From positions 1,282,124 to 1,346,123 of the forward strand of contig OY282368.1 of assembly GCA_958295725.1 (NCBI GenBank): DNA of 64,000 bases. Direction: 5' to 3'. Shown here piece by piece: positions 19,632 through 29,005 of the stretch. This DNA is from an uncultured Alphaproteobacteria bacterium (GTDB lineage Bacteria > Pseudomonadota > Alphaproteobacteria > UBA2966). The notes beneath the pieces are model-generated. The model had not been told where the DNA came from. It searched no databases and saw only the letters and a program-made list of their open reading frames with translations. A program made the position numbers and the translations under genes. How positions within the stretch are numbered: position 1 is the stretch's first letter; each line of letters starts with the position of its first letter.

Positions 19632-21740
19632 ATGACCGGATCGCAACCCCGATACCGTATCGGCGTGGACGTGGGCGGCACGTTCACGGACGTGGCCGTG
19701 GTCGACGAGGCGAGCGGCCGTATCGGCGTCGTCAAGACGTCGACCACGCCGCGGGACTTCGTCGCCGGCGTCATCGACGCGCTGAAGGCGGCGATGTCGC
19801 GCCACCGGGTCGCCGCCTCGGACGTCGTTCTCCTGTCGCACGCGACCACCGTCGTGACCAACGCCATTCTCGAGGAGAGGGGTGCGAAGACTGCGTTGAT
19901 CGCCACGCGCGGCTTCAGGGACGTTCTGGAATTGCGCCGCTCGGCCCGTGCGCGCCTCTACGACCGCAACCAGGAACCGCCCGCCGTGCTGGTGCCCCGC
20001 CACAGGCGATTCGAGGTCACCGAGCGCGTCGGTGCGGACGGCGAGGTGGTGGTTCCGCTGGCGGAGGAAGAGCTCGACGCCATCGTCGAGGAGATCGGGA
20101 ACGAGGGGGTGGAAGCGGTCGCGGTATGCCTGCTGTTCTCGTTCCTCCACGACGACCACGAACGGCGGGTCGGCGCGCGGCTGCGGGCCGCGCTGCCCGG
20201 CGTCCCGGTCTTTCTCTCCTGCGACGTCCTGCCCGAGTTGAAGGAGTTCGAGCGCACCAGCACGACCGCCGTCTGCGCCTATGTCGGTCCGCTCCTCGTG
20301 TCGTATCTGGAACGCCTGGAGCGGGCCACCCGCGCGCTGAAGCTGCCGCCGCTCCACGTCATGGGGTCGAGCGGCGGAGTCCTGGATGTCGCCGAAAGCG
20401 TGAAGATGCCGGTCATGGCCGTGGAGTCCGGCCCCGCCGCCGGCGTCATCGCCGCGGCCTTCATCGGCGGGCAGATCGACGAGCCGAACCTGATCTCCTT
20501 CGACATGGGCGGGACGACCGCCAAGGCGAGCCTCATCGCGGACGGACGGATCGAGGTGACGTCGGAGTACGAGGTCGGCGCCGACGCCAATGTCGCCCGC
20601 TGGATGCACGGCGTCGGTCACCCGGTCAAGGCGCCCGTTATCGACCTCGCGGAGGTCAGCGCCGGCGGGGGCAGCATCGCGTGGATCGATCCGGGGGGCG
20701 GACTGCGCGTCGGCCCCCGCAGCGCCGGCGCCGAGCCGGGTCCCGTATGCTACGGACGGGGCGGGCGGGACCCCACGGTCACCGACTGCGACCTGATCCT
20801 CGGATACCTGGACCCGGACTATTTCCTGGGTGGCGAGCTGGCTATCGATACGGCGGCGGCCGAAGCCGCGCTTCGGGAGAAGATCGCCGAGCCTCTCGGC
20901 CTCTCCGTCCTCGAAGCTGCGGCCGGCGTCGTCGAGGTGGTCGACCACAACATGGCGGAGGCGTTGCGCATCGTCTCCGTCGAGCGCGGCCACGACCCGC
21001 GCGAATTCGCGCTCGTGGCGTTCGGTGGCGCGGGGCCGGCGCACGCGGCGAGCCTCGCCCGCGAGCTCGGTATCCCGAAGATCATCGTGCCGCCCATTCC
21101 CGGTGGATTCTCCGCCTTGGGCCTCGTCGCCACCGACCTGCGTCGGGATTACGTCCGCACGTTCCACGGACGGCTCGACCGGGTGTCCCCGGACGAGATC
21201 TCGGAGGCGCTGTCGACGATGGAGGCGGCCGGGCGCGCCGTGCTGGCCGCGGCCGGCGTGCCGGAGGCCAGGCGCAGGCTGCGACGGGCTGCGGACGTGC
21301 GCTACACGCGGCAGGCCTACGAGCTCACGGTACCGATCGAGGACGGCACCATCGGCGCCGCGCACCTCGCGAAGTTGGCGGAGGCGTTCCATGCTCGCCA
21401 CCGGGCCACCTATGGACACGACAGCCCCGGCGAGCCGCTTCAGATCGTCAATCTCCGGGTCGGCGCCATCGGCGTCCTCGAGGGCCTGGATCTGAAGGCG
21501 GGCGATGCCGGGAACGGAGCCGTCGACGACGCCCGGCGCGGGACGCGCCCGGTCTATTTCAAGGATACCGGCGCGGTCGCGTGCGATATCCTCGACCGGG
21601 ACCGCCTACCGTCGCGCGGCGATGCGCCGGGGCCGGCCGTCATCGAGGCGGCGGACACGACGATCGTTGTTCCGCCCGGATGGAGGGCGCGGATCGACCC
21701 GAGGGGAGTCCTCGTCGTGGAGGAGGGCGGCGATGGCTGA
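19632..21740 (+). CDS. hyuA: Hydantoinase/5-oxoprolinase subunit A (HyuA family)
   Basis: 702 aa. N-terminal YRIGVDVGGTFTDVAV ATPase fold motif. Confidence 0.85.
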   Translation: MTGSQPRYRIGVDVGGTFTDVAVVDEASGRIGVVKTSTTPRDFVAGVIDALKAAMSRHRVAASDVVLLSHATTVVTNAILEERGAKTALIATRGFRDVLELRRSARARLYDRNQEPPAVLVPRHRRFEVTERVGADGEVVVPLAEEELDAIVEEIGNEGVEAVAVCLLFSFLHDDHERRVGARLRAALPGVPVFLSCDVLPELKEFERTSTTAVCAYVGPLLVSYLERLERATRALKLPPLHVMGSSGGVLDVAESVKMPVMAVESGPAAGVIAAAFIGGQIDEPNLISFDMGGTTAKASLIADGRIEVTSEYEVGADANVARWMHGVGHPVKAPVIDLAEVSAGGGSIAWIDPGGGLRVGPRSAGAEPGPVCYGRGGRDPTVTDCDLILGYLDPDYFLGGELAIDTAAAEAALREKIAEPLGLSVLEAAAGVVEVVDHNMAEALRIVSVERGHDPREFALVAFGGAGPAHAASLARELGIPKIIVPPIPGGFSALGLVATDLRRDYVRTFHGRLDRVSPDEISEALSTMEAAGRAVLAAAGVPEARRRLRRAADVRYTRQAYELTVPIEDGTIGAAHLAKLAEAFHARHRATYGHDSPGEPLQIVNLRVGAIGVLEGLDLKAGDAGNGAVDDARRGTRPVYFKDTGAVACDILDRDRLPSRGDAPGPAVIEAADTTIVVPPGWRARIDPRGVLVVEEGGDG

Positions 21741-23445
21741 CACCGCGCCCGGAGCGTTCGCGGACGACGATCCGGTCACGTTCGAGGTGGTGAAGAACAG
21801 CCTCTATTCGATGGCCGCGGAAATGCGGGTCGTTCTGTCGAAAACGGCCTATTCGCCGATCCTGAAGTCGGCGGGCGATTTCTCGTGCGGCATCTTCGAC
21901 ATGCGGGGCGACATGGTGGCGCAAGGGCCGGATTTGCCGATGCATCTCGGCTCGATGCCGCTGGCCGTCAAGGCCGTCATCCGCGCCTGGGAGGAGATTG
22001 CGCCCGGCGACGTGTTCATCCACAACGATCCGTACTTCGGCGGCTCGCATCTGCCGGACGTCAACGTGGTGACGCCTGCCTTCGCGGACGGCGGGCGCCT
22101 GCTGGGGTTCGTCTGTCTGCGGGCCCATTGGCCGGACGTGGGCGGCGGCGCGCCCGGCAGCTACGGCGTCGAGACCGAGATATTCGCCGAGGGCCTGCGT
22201 CTGCCTCCCGTCCGGTTGTATCGCCGGGGCGAGCCCGTGCGCGAGGTCGAGGACATCATCTTCGCCAACGTGCGGACGCCGGAGGAGGGACGGGGCAACC
22301 TTCGCGCCCAGGTCGGTGCCAACCGTCGCGCGGCGGCCCGGCTCGAGGGACTGGCGCGCCGTCATGGGGCGGACCGCTTGTTGCGTATCATGCGGGGCGT
22401 GATGGACCGTTCCGAGGCGATGATGCGCCGGGCCCTGGCGGCGTTGCCCGACGGCGAGGGGAGTTTCGAGGACTTCTGCGACGGCGACGGCATCCTCGAG
22501 CCGGGCGAGACCGAGGATTCGCCGTTCGCCATCAGGCTGCGCGTGAGGAAGAGCGGCGACACGCTCGCCGTCGATTTCGCGGGTACCGATCCGGTCGTGC
22601 GAGGTCCCATGAACTCGCCCCTCGCGGTGACGGCGTCGGGGGTCTACACGGCCGTGAAGACCGTGGCCGACTCGGACGCGGCGATCCCCCCGAATTCGGG
22701 CTGCTGGCGTCCGATCTCCGTGAACGCCGAGCCCGGGACTGTCGTCAACGCCACGTTTCCCGCGCCGGTGGTGTACGCCAACCACGAGATCGCCCACCGG
22801 GTCTGCGACATGGTGTTCATGGCCATGTCGGGCTTCGCGCCGGACAACGTCATGGCGTGCTCCCAGGGAACGTCGGCCATTCTCGCCATGGGCGGCATCG
22901 ACCCGCGCGACGGCGCCCGCTACGTCAACTACGAGGTCGTCAAGGGCGGGTTCGGTGCGCGCCCGGGCAAGGACGGCATCAACGCTATCGCCGCCAGCGT
23001 CGCCAACACGGCGAATACGCCGGTGGAGGTCGTGGAGATGAGCTTTCCGCTACGGGTCGACCGCTACGAGCTGATCCCGGACTCGGGCGGAGCCGGGGAG
23101 TACCGCGGTGGTCTGGCGGCCCGCCGCGTGTGGAAGGTTCTCGGCCACGTGGCGGAGGCCACGGTGTGCTGCGAGCGGTCCAAGTCGCCGCCGTTCGGCC
23201 TGTTCGGGGGCGGGGCGGGCGCACCCGCGCGCGTCTACCTGATCGAGGCCGACGGCGCACGGCGCGATCTCAACAGCAAGGAGCACTTCCTCGCGCCCGA
23301 AGGCTCCGAGATCTGGTACGAGGTGCCCGGATCGGGCGGGTTCGGCCCGCCGTCGAAGCGCGATCCGGCGAAGGTCAGGGCAGACGTCCGCGACGGATAC
23401 GTCAGCGCCGAATCGGCCCGGCGCGATTACGGCGTCGAGGTTTAG
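21733..23445 (+). CDS. hyuB: Hydantoinase/5-oxoprolinase subunit B (HyuB family)
   Basis: 8-bp overlap with hyuA. Conserved FEVVKNSLYSMAAEM...KSAGDFSCGIFD motif. Confidence 0.85.
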   Translation: MADTAPGAFADDDPVTFEVVKNSLYSMAAEMRVVLSKTAYSPILKSAGDFSCGIFDMRGDMVAQGPDLPMHLGSMPLAVKAVIRAWEEIAPGDVFIHNDPYFGGSHLPDVNVVTPAFADGGRLLGFVCLRAHWPDVGGGAPGSYGVETEIFAEGLRLPPVRLYRRGEPVREVEDIIFANVRTPEEGRGNLRAQVGANRRAAARLEGLARRHGADRLLRIMRGVMDRSEAMMRRALAALPDGEGSFEDFCDGDGILEPGETEDSPFAIRLRVRKSGDTLAVDFAGTDPVVRGPMNSPLAVTASGVYTAVKTVADSDAAIPPNSGCWRPISVNAEPGTVVNATFPAPVVYANHEIAHRVCDMVFMAMSGFAPDNVMACSQGTSAILAMGGIDPRDGARYVNYEVVKGGFGARPGKDGINAIAASVANTANTPVEVVEMSFPLRVDRYELIPDSGGAGEYRGGLAARRVWKVLGHVAEATVCCERSKSPPFGLFGGGAGAPARVYLIEADGARRDLNSKEHFLAPEGSEIWYEVPGSGGFGPPSKRDPAKVRADVRDGYVSAESARRDYGVEV

Positions 23446-23455
23446 CTTACGAGAG

Positions 23456-24955
23456 GTGCGCGACATGCAAGAAGAGGTGCGCGACATCTGGAACCCCGGA
23501 ACGGGCATCACGGATGTGGATACCGATTGGGAGAACCTGTCCGTCTCGGAGATTCCGGGAATCAAGGCGATATGGCGCGACCAGCGGGAACGCCTCAAGG
23601 GAACGAATCTCGTTTCCGACTTCAACGAGCGGCTCGGGCGCGAATGGGCGATCGAGACCGGCATCATCGAGAACCTCTACGACATCGAGCGCGGAGTTAC
23701 TCAGACACTGATCGACCGGGGGTTTCGGGAAGAGTTGCTGGCCCACGGCTCGACCAACCGTCCGCGTGAATTCGTCCTTCAACTGCTGCGCGATCAGAAA
23801 CGGGCCCTCGATGGCGTGTTCGATTTCGTGAAGGGCGCGCGGCCCTTGTCGGCCTCCTACATCAAGGAGCTCCATGCCGTGCTGCTTCGGAGCCAGACGG
23901 TCACGGAAGGGATCGATTCGCTCGGCCGGCCCGTCGAGGTAGAACTGATCAAGGGCGACTGGAAGAACCAGCCCAACCATCCGGTCCGGGACGGCGTGAC
24001 CTACAGGTACTGTCCGCCGGAGCATGTGGCGGGCGAGATGGAGAGACTCGTCGAACTGCACGCGGAGCATGTCGCCAGGGAAATGCCGGCGGAAGCGCAG
24101 GCGGCCTGGCTGCATCATCGGTTCACGCAGATCCATCCGTTCCAGGACGGCAACGGCCGGTTGGCGCGGGCCCTCGCGTCGCTCGTCCTGATCCAGCACG
24201 GTCTTTTCCCGCTGGTCGTGACCAGGGACGACCGGACGGCCTATCTCGATGCTCTCGAAGCCGCCGATGATGGCGATCTCAAGCCACTCGTCGACCTGAT
24301 CGCCACACTTCAGAGAGTTCAATTCCGCAAGGCGGTGACGCTGGCCGAAACGGTATTGTCCGACAAGACTGACGTCGGGGCGATGCTGGACGGACTCCTC
24401 AAGGCTGCCGATAAGACCGCCGTTGAAAGAAGGCAGGAGCTTAAAGGGGTTTTCGATATAGCTGGCGCGGTAAAGAAACGTTTGCATGAACGGCTGGATG
24501 AAATCGCTCCGGATGTCACAAACGCGTTATTGAAGATAACGCCTTCGGGCGCGGCCTGGATCAAGGTGAAAGACGACAAGACCGGCCATTGGTACCGGGC
24601 GCAGATCATCCAGAACGCAAAACATCATCTGGGCTACTTCGTCAACTTCGGTGAGTTCCGTTCCTGGGTGGCGCTGCATATGACTTGGGAACGGCGGGCG
24701 CGGCTGGTGTTCGCGATCCACGGTATCGGACACGGGTTCACCGGAAGCCTGATCTGCGCGCCGTTCCTGGAGATTCTGGACGAGGACGAGGACGAGGACG
24801 AAGACGGGCACCGGCGCTCCACGCTCGTTCCGGTGGCGGAAGAAGGGTTCATCTTCTTTTACAACGACACGGAGGAGGCGGTCCTGAAGAGGCTCCAGCC
24901 GTGGCTCGAAAACGTGCTCAAGATCACCCTGAAGCAATTGACCGAGAACCTCTGA
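23456..24955 (+). CDS. Fic-family protein (class II, intramolecular inhibitory motif) with a long uncharacterised C-terminal domain
   Basis: Fic active-site motif HPFQDGNGRLAR. N-terminal inhibitory motif TGIIEN (S/TxxxE(G/N)). A C-terminal extension of about 230 aa with an acidic DEDEDEDED run. GC falls locally around 24300-24650. Confidence 0.8.
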   Translation: MRDMQEEVRDIWNPGTGITDVDTDWENLSVSEIPGIKAIWRDQRERLKGTNLVSDFNERLGREWAIETGIIENLYDIERGVTQTLIDRGFREELLAHGSTNRPREFVLQLLRDQKRALDGVFDFVKGARPLSASYIKELHAVLLRSQTVTEGIDSLGRPVEVELIKGDWKNQPNHPVRDGVTYRYCPPEHVAGEMERLVELHAEHVAREMPAEAQAAWLHHRFTQIHPFQDGNGRLARALASLVLIQHGLFPLVVTRDDRTAYLDALEAADDGDLKPLVDLIATLQRVQFRKAVTLAETVLSDKTDVGAMLDGLLKAADKTAVERRQELKGVFDIAGAVKKRLHERLDEIAPDVTNALLKITPSGAAWIKVKDDKTGHWYRAQIIQNAKHHLGYFVNFGEFRSWVALHMTWERRARLVFAIHGIGHGFTGSLICAPFLEILDEDEDEDEDGHRRSTLVPVAEEGFIFFYNDTEEAVLKRLQPWLENVLKITLKQLTENL

Positions 24956-24995
24956 CGCGGGCGACCGGCCGGCTCTCCGGCCGGGATTCCCGGCG

Positions 24996-25886
24996 CTATC
25001 CGCTCCCGTCGTAGCGGTCGTCCCACAACGTCATCAGCGCCGGGCTTTCCCACGCGCCCCTGCCGCGCGCATGGACGGCCGTGTTGAACTGGGCGATGAG
25101 CGCGGTGACCGGGAGCGCGACGCCGAACCGCCGCGCCTCGTCCAGGCAAAGGCCGAGATGGATCATCAGGGAGTCGATGCCGCCGTCCGCGGGGTCGAGA
25201 TCGCCGTCGATCATGCGCCGGATCCGATGGTCGAACCACCAGGACTGCGCCGAGCCCTCGGCGAGCAGCGAGAAAGCCTTGTCGAGATCGAGGCCGGACG
25301 CGCGGGCGAACGCCACTCCCTCGGCGAGGCCCTGCATGGTCGCCGAGATCAGGATCTGGTTGACCATCTTCGCGAGCTGACCGTGCCCGCTCGGCCCGAC
25401 GCGCTCGGCGGTTCGCGAATAGGCGACGAGATACGGCCGCGCCGCCGCCACGCCGGCCTCGGCGCCGCCGATCATCACGGCCAGCTCTCCGGCGTCGGCG
25501 AGCTCCTCCGCCCCCGACACCGGCGCGTCCAAGTAGTAGATGCCGCGTTCCGCGGCCGCCTCGGCCGACGCCCGCGCGGCCCGCGCCGTCATCGTGTCGT
25601 GATCGACGAACACCGCGCCTTCAGACATCGTCCGGAAAGCGCCCGCCGGCCCCTGGGTCGCCTCCCGCGACTCGTCGTCGCCGCCGACACAGGCGGCGAT
25701 GTAGACGGCGCCGTCCGCGGCCTCGGCGGCCGTGCGGGCGGCCCGTCCGCCATGCGCGGCGACGAACGCGTCCGCCTTCTCGGGCGCGATGTCGTGAACC
25801 GTCACGTCGTGACCCGCGTCGGCGAGATGCCTCGCCATGGGTCCGCCCATCCGGCCGATGCCGATGAATGCGACCTTGTCCACCAC
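24996..25886 (-). CDS. NAD-binding 3-hydroxyisobutyrate dehydrogenase-like oxidoreductase
   Basis: VAFIGIGRMGGPMARHLADAGH Rossmann motif of the 6PGDH/HIBADH family. Confidence 0.8.
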   Translation of the reverse strand: MVDKVAFIGIGRMGGPMARHLADAGHDVTVHDIAPEKADAFVAAHGGRAARTAAEAADGAVYIAACVGGDDESREATQGPAGAFRTMSEGAVFVDHDTMTARAARASAEAAAERGIYYLDAPVSGAEELADAGELAVMIGGAEAGVAAARPYLVAYSRTAERVGPSGHGQLAKMVNQILISATMQGLAEGVAFARASGLDLDKAFSLLAEGSAQSWWFDHRIRRMIDGDLDPADGGIDSLMIHLGLCLDEARRFGVALPVTALIAQFNTAVHARGRGAWESPALMTLWDDRYDGSG

Positions 25887-25914
25887 TGGAACGCCTCCGG
25901 AAGGTTGCCCGCGC

Positions 25915-26703
25915 TCAGCTCTCGCGATAATCCGGCGTCCGCTTTTCGAGGAAGGCGCTCACGCCCTCGTCGCGTTCGCCGCTCGCCAGACACAACGCGA
26001 AGAGCTTGCGCTCGTAGTCGATGCCGGCGGCGAGATCGGCGTCCGGACTCGCCAGGACGGCGTCCCGCGCCGCCATCAGGGAGACGGGGCCCTTGACCTG
26101 CCATTTACGGCAGACCTCGCGGCCCGCGTCCATCAGTTCGCCGTCCTCGTGAACGGCGTTGACCAGCCCGACAGCGAGCGCCTCGTCGGCGGATATCGGC
26201 TCGCCCAGGGTCACCATCGCCATGGCCCGTCCGAGGCCGACCATGCGGGTCAACCGCTGGGTTCCGCCGCTGCCGGGAATGACGCCGAGATTGATCTCGG
26301 GCAGGCCGAGCCGCGCCGAGCGCGCCGCGATGCGGAGCGTGCAGGCCAGCGCGATCTCGAGGCCGGCGCCGAGGCAATGGCCGTTGACGCAGGCGAGCGT
26401 CGGCAGGCGCATGGTCTCCAGCAGGCGCGGAAGCTCGCGGCGCAGGCCGGCCCTGGTGGAGAGCTCGCTCGCGACCGTGCGTTCCTTCAGCTCGTTGATG
26501 TCGGCGCCGGCGGAGAAGGCCCTGTTGCCGGCGCCGGTCAGGATGACGCAGTCCGCCTCGCCGTCGTCCTCCAGGGAACGCAGGGCGTCCATGCATTCCT
26601 CCCGCATCGGCAGGCTCATGGCGTTGCGCCGCTCGGGATCGGTGAGGGTGACGGTCGCGATGCGTTCCTCGATATCGACCGAAATCCGGGTGTAGGCGGC
26701 CAT
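25915..26703 (-). CDS. Enoyl-CoA hydratase/isomerase (crotonase family)
   Basis: Crotonase fold motifs AFSAGADI and ACVNGHCLGAGLEIALACTLRIA. Start trimmed to MAAYTRIS by residue count. Confidence 0.85.
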   Translation of the reverse strand: MAAYTRISVDIEERIATVTLTDPERRNAMSLPMREECMDALRSLEDDGEADCVILTGAGNRAFSAGADINELKERTVASELSTRAGLRRELPRLLETMRLPTLACVNGHCLGAGLEIALACTLRIAARSARLGLPEINLGVIPGSGGTQRLTRMVGLGRAMAMVTLGEPISADEALAVGLVNAVHEDGELMDAGREVCRKWQVKGPVSLMAARDAVLASPDADLAAGIDYERKLFALCLASGERDEGVSAFLEKRTPDYRES

Positions 26704-26722
26704 GGTTTCTCCTCTCCGGGTT

Positions 26723-28288
26723 TCAGGCGGATGCCGCTTCCAGCAGGCTGGCGGCGAGCCCGGCGCGAACGGTCTTGCCGCTCGCGTTCCTGGGGATCGT
26801 CGCCACCACCTCGAGCCGGCGAGGCTTCTTGTAGTCCGCCAGTTCCCGCGCGCAGTGGGACTGGAGCTCCGCCAGGTCGGGGCGCTCTCCACGGCGCGGG
26901 ACGACGCACGCGGCGACGATCTGCCCCCACTTGGCGTCGGGCAGGCCGACGACGGCGCAATCGAGCACCGCCGGGTGAGACATCAGCACCCGCTCGATCT
27001 CGGCCGGGTGGATGTTGACGCCTCCGCTGATGACGATCTCCTTCAGCCGGCCGACCAAATGGAGGTATCCATCCTCGTCGAGATAGCCGAGATCGCCGGT
27101 GTGGAACCACCCGTCCGTGAAGGCCGCCTTCGTGGCCTCGGGATCGTCCAGGTATTCGCGCATGACCGAGGGATTGAGGCACAGTATCTCGCCGACCTCG
27201 CCGGCGGGCAGGGCCGCGCCATTCTCTCCGACGATCCGGATCTCGACGCCGGCGAACGGCCGGCCGACCGACGCAGGCTTGCGCCGCTGATCCGCGGGCT
27301 CCAGGACCGTCATGCTGTTCGACTCCGTCGAGCCGTAGTAGTCGAACAGACGGGGCGTGACGCGCTCCAGCACCTTTTCCTTGATCGCCGGTTGCAGGGG
27401 CGATCCGCAGGTCACGAGGCGGGACAGGCTGTCCAGTTTCGGCGGGAAGGAGCCGCGTTCCAGCTCGTCGAGCACCATGACCAGGACGGTGGGCACGACG
27501 AGGCTCGACGTCACCCGTTCGCCAGCCACGAGCGACAGATACTCCGCGGGATCGAAGTCGCGCTGGATGCGCACGCGACCGCCCACGCACAGATGCATCA
27601 GCGTGAACGTGAGGCCCGCCGAATGCACCTGGGGCATGACGCCGAGGTAGGTATCCTCGGGGCCGAGGCCGTAGACGTCGATCGCCTTGTAGATCCAGGC
27701 CATGCGGGCGCGATGGGTGGAGAGCGCGCCCTTGGGCTCGCCCGTCGTGCCCGAGGTGAACATCAGGCCGAAGTCGTCGTCGGGAGAAACGTCGGGAAGC
27801 GCGCCGAACGCCGATTCGTGCGGTCGCTCGAACGCGGCGTCGCTCGCGTTTCCGCCGGGGTCGATGGCGACGATCTCGGGGCGGACGACCTCGGCGCGCT
27901 CGACCGCCCGCTCGATCGTGTCCGCGCGGTCGACGGCGGTGACGAGGCAGCGGGGACGGGCGAGGGCGAGAAGGCCGGCGGCCTCGCCTTCCTTCAGACG
28001 CGGGTTGATGGGCGAGAAGACCCCGCCCGCCCGCGCCACCGCCAGAACGACGACGACATAGGCGATGCAGTTGGGGAGATACGCCGAGACGACGTCCCCC
28101 TTCCGCACGCCGAGGCCGGTCAAGGCCGTCGCGAAGCCGTCGGCGCGGCGGTCGAGATCGTCGAACGTCAACGAGGCGCCGCCGTCGGTCAGGGCGATCC
28201 TGTCGGGCGTGGTCCGGGCGACTGTCGCGCCGATCCGCCCGACGAGGAAATCCTCGTCTCCCCGGGGTCGCTCAGCCCTCGTCGTCAT
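26723..28288 (-). CDS. AMP-dependent acyl-CoA synthetase/ligase
   Basis: AMP-binding motif FTSGTTGEPKGA and C-terminal GKTVRAG. Confidence 0.85.
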   Translation of the reverse strand: MTTRAERPRGDEDFLVGRIGATVARTTPDRIALTDGGASLTFDDLDRRADGFATALTGLGVRKGDVVSAYLPNCIAYVVVVLAVARAGGVFSPINPRLKEGEAAGLLALARPRCLVTAVDRADTIERAVERAEVVRPEIVAIDPGGNASDAAFERPHESAFGALPDVSPDDDFGLMFTSGTTGEPKGALSTHRARMAWIYKAIDVYGLGPEDTYLGVMPQVHSAGLTFTLMHLCVGGRVRIQRDFDPAEYLSLVAGERVTSSLVVPTVLVMVLDELERGSFPPKLDSLSRLVTCGSPLQPAIKEKVLERVTPRLFDYYGSTESNSMTVLEPADQRRKPASVGRPFAGVEIRIVGENGAALPAGEVGEILCLNPSVMREYLDDPEATKAAFTDGWFHTGDLGYLDEDGYLHLVGRLKEIVISGGVNIHPAEIERVLMSHPAVLDCAVVGLPDAKWGQIVAACVVPRRGERPDLAELQSHCARELADYKKPRRLEVVATIPRNASGKTVRAGLAASLLEAASA

Positions 28289-28985
28289 GATCGGCGACGA
28301 GGGCCTTGAGCCGTTCCAGGGTCGCGGACAACGGTATCCGGGCGGGACAGACGCTTTCGGCGCGGGCCATCGCCTCCGCGCTCAGGCCGCGCGCTTCCCC
28401 GGCGATGTCCCCCAGACGCGCGATCCCGGCGCCGTCGCGTTCGTCGAGCGCGAGCATGAGCACGCGGTTCAGGGCGGCCGGCCCGACGCCATCGCCGCTC
28501 GTCGCCTCACCGGCGACGGCGGAAACGCAGGCGCCGCAGGTGATGCAGCCGTTCCGCGCCTCGATCGCGGCTCGTTCGTCGGAATCGGGCGGCAGGACCG
28601 GCAGATCGCGTCGATCCGGTTCCCGTGGACGAAGGGCGGCCCCGGCGCGGGCGAGGCCCTCGAAGAAGGGCCGCATGTCGACGATCAGGTCGTGTCGCGC
28701 GGGCAGGCCCCGCAACGGCTCGACGCGCAAGGTTCCGCTCTCGACGTCGCCGAGAGCGGTCTGGCAGGTCAGGGCTTCCTTGCCGTCGATCACGACGGCG
28801 CAGGCTCCGCACATGCCGACGCGGCAGGCGTAACGAAACCCGAGCGTGGGATCCTCGTTCTCGCGGATCCAGTTCAAGGCGTCGAGGACGCGCGCGTGCG
28901 CGGACCGGACCGGCACCTCGAAGCGGTTCCGGCCCGCCGGGTCGGTGCGGACGACTTCGAGGGTGACGGTCGCGTTCGATCCCAT
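28272..28985 (-). CDS. Succinate dehydrogenase/fumarate reductase-type iron-sulfur subunit
   Basis: 237 aa. 2Fe-2S motif CRVGMCGAC...C and a CITCGAC 4Fe-4S-type motif. 17-bp overlap with the ligase start. Confidence 0.65.
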   Translation of the reverse strand: MGSNATVTLEVVRTDPAGRNRFEVPVRSAHARVLDALNWIRENEDPTLGFRYACRVGMCGACAVVIDGKEALTCQTALGDVESGTLRVEPLRGLPARHDLIVDMRPFFEGLARAGAALRPREPDRRDLPVLPPDSDERAAIEARNGCITCGACVSAVAGEATSGDGVGPAALNRVLMLALDERDGAGIARLGDIAGEARGLSAEAMARAESVCPARIPLSATLERLKALVADHDDEG

Positions 28986-29005
28986 GTTCGATCCGGTCGC
29001 GCCGC

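Noticed and set aside
23446-25000. Toxin-antitoxin partner for the Fic gene
   Set aside because: No small ORF with a plausible RBS lies upstream or downstream. The inhibitory S/TxxxE(G/N) motif is internal (class II), so a separate antitoxin is not required.
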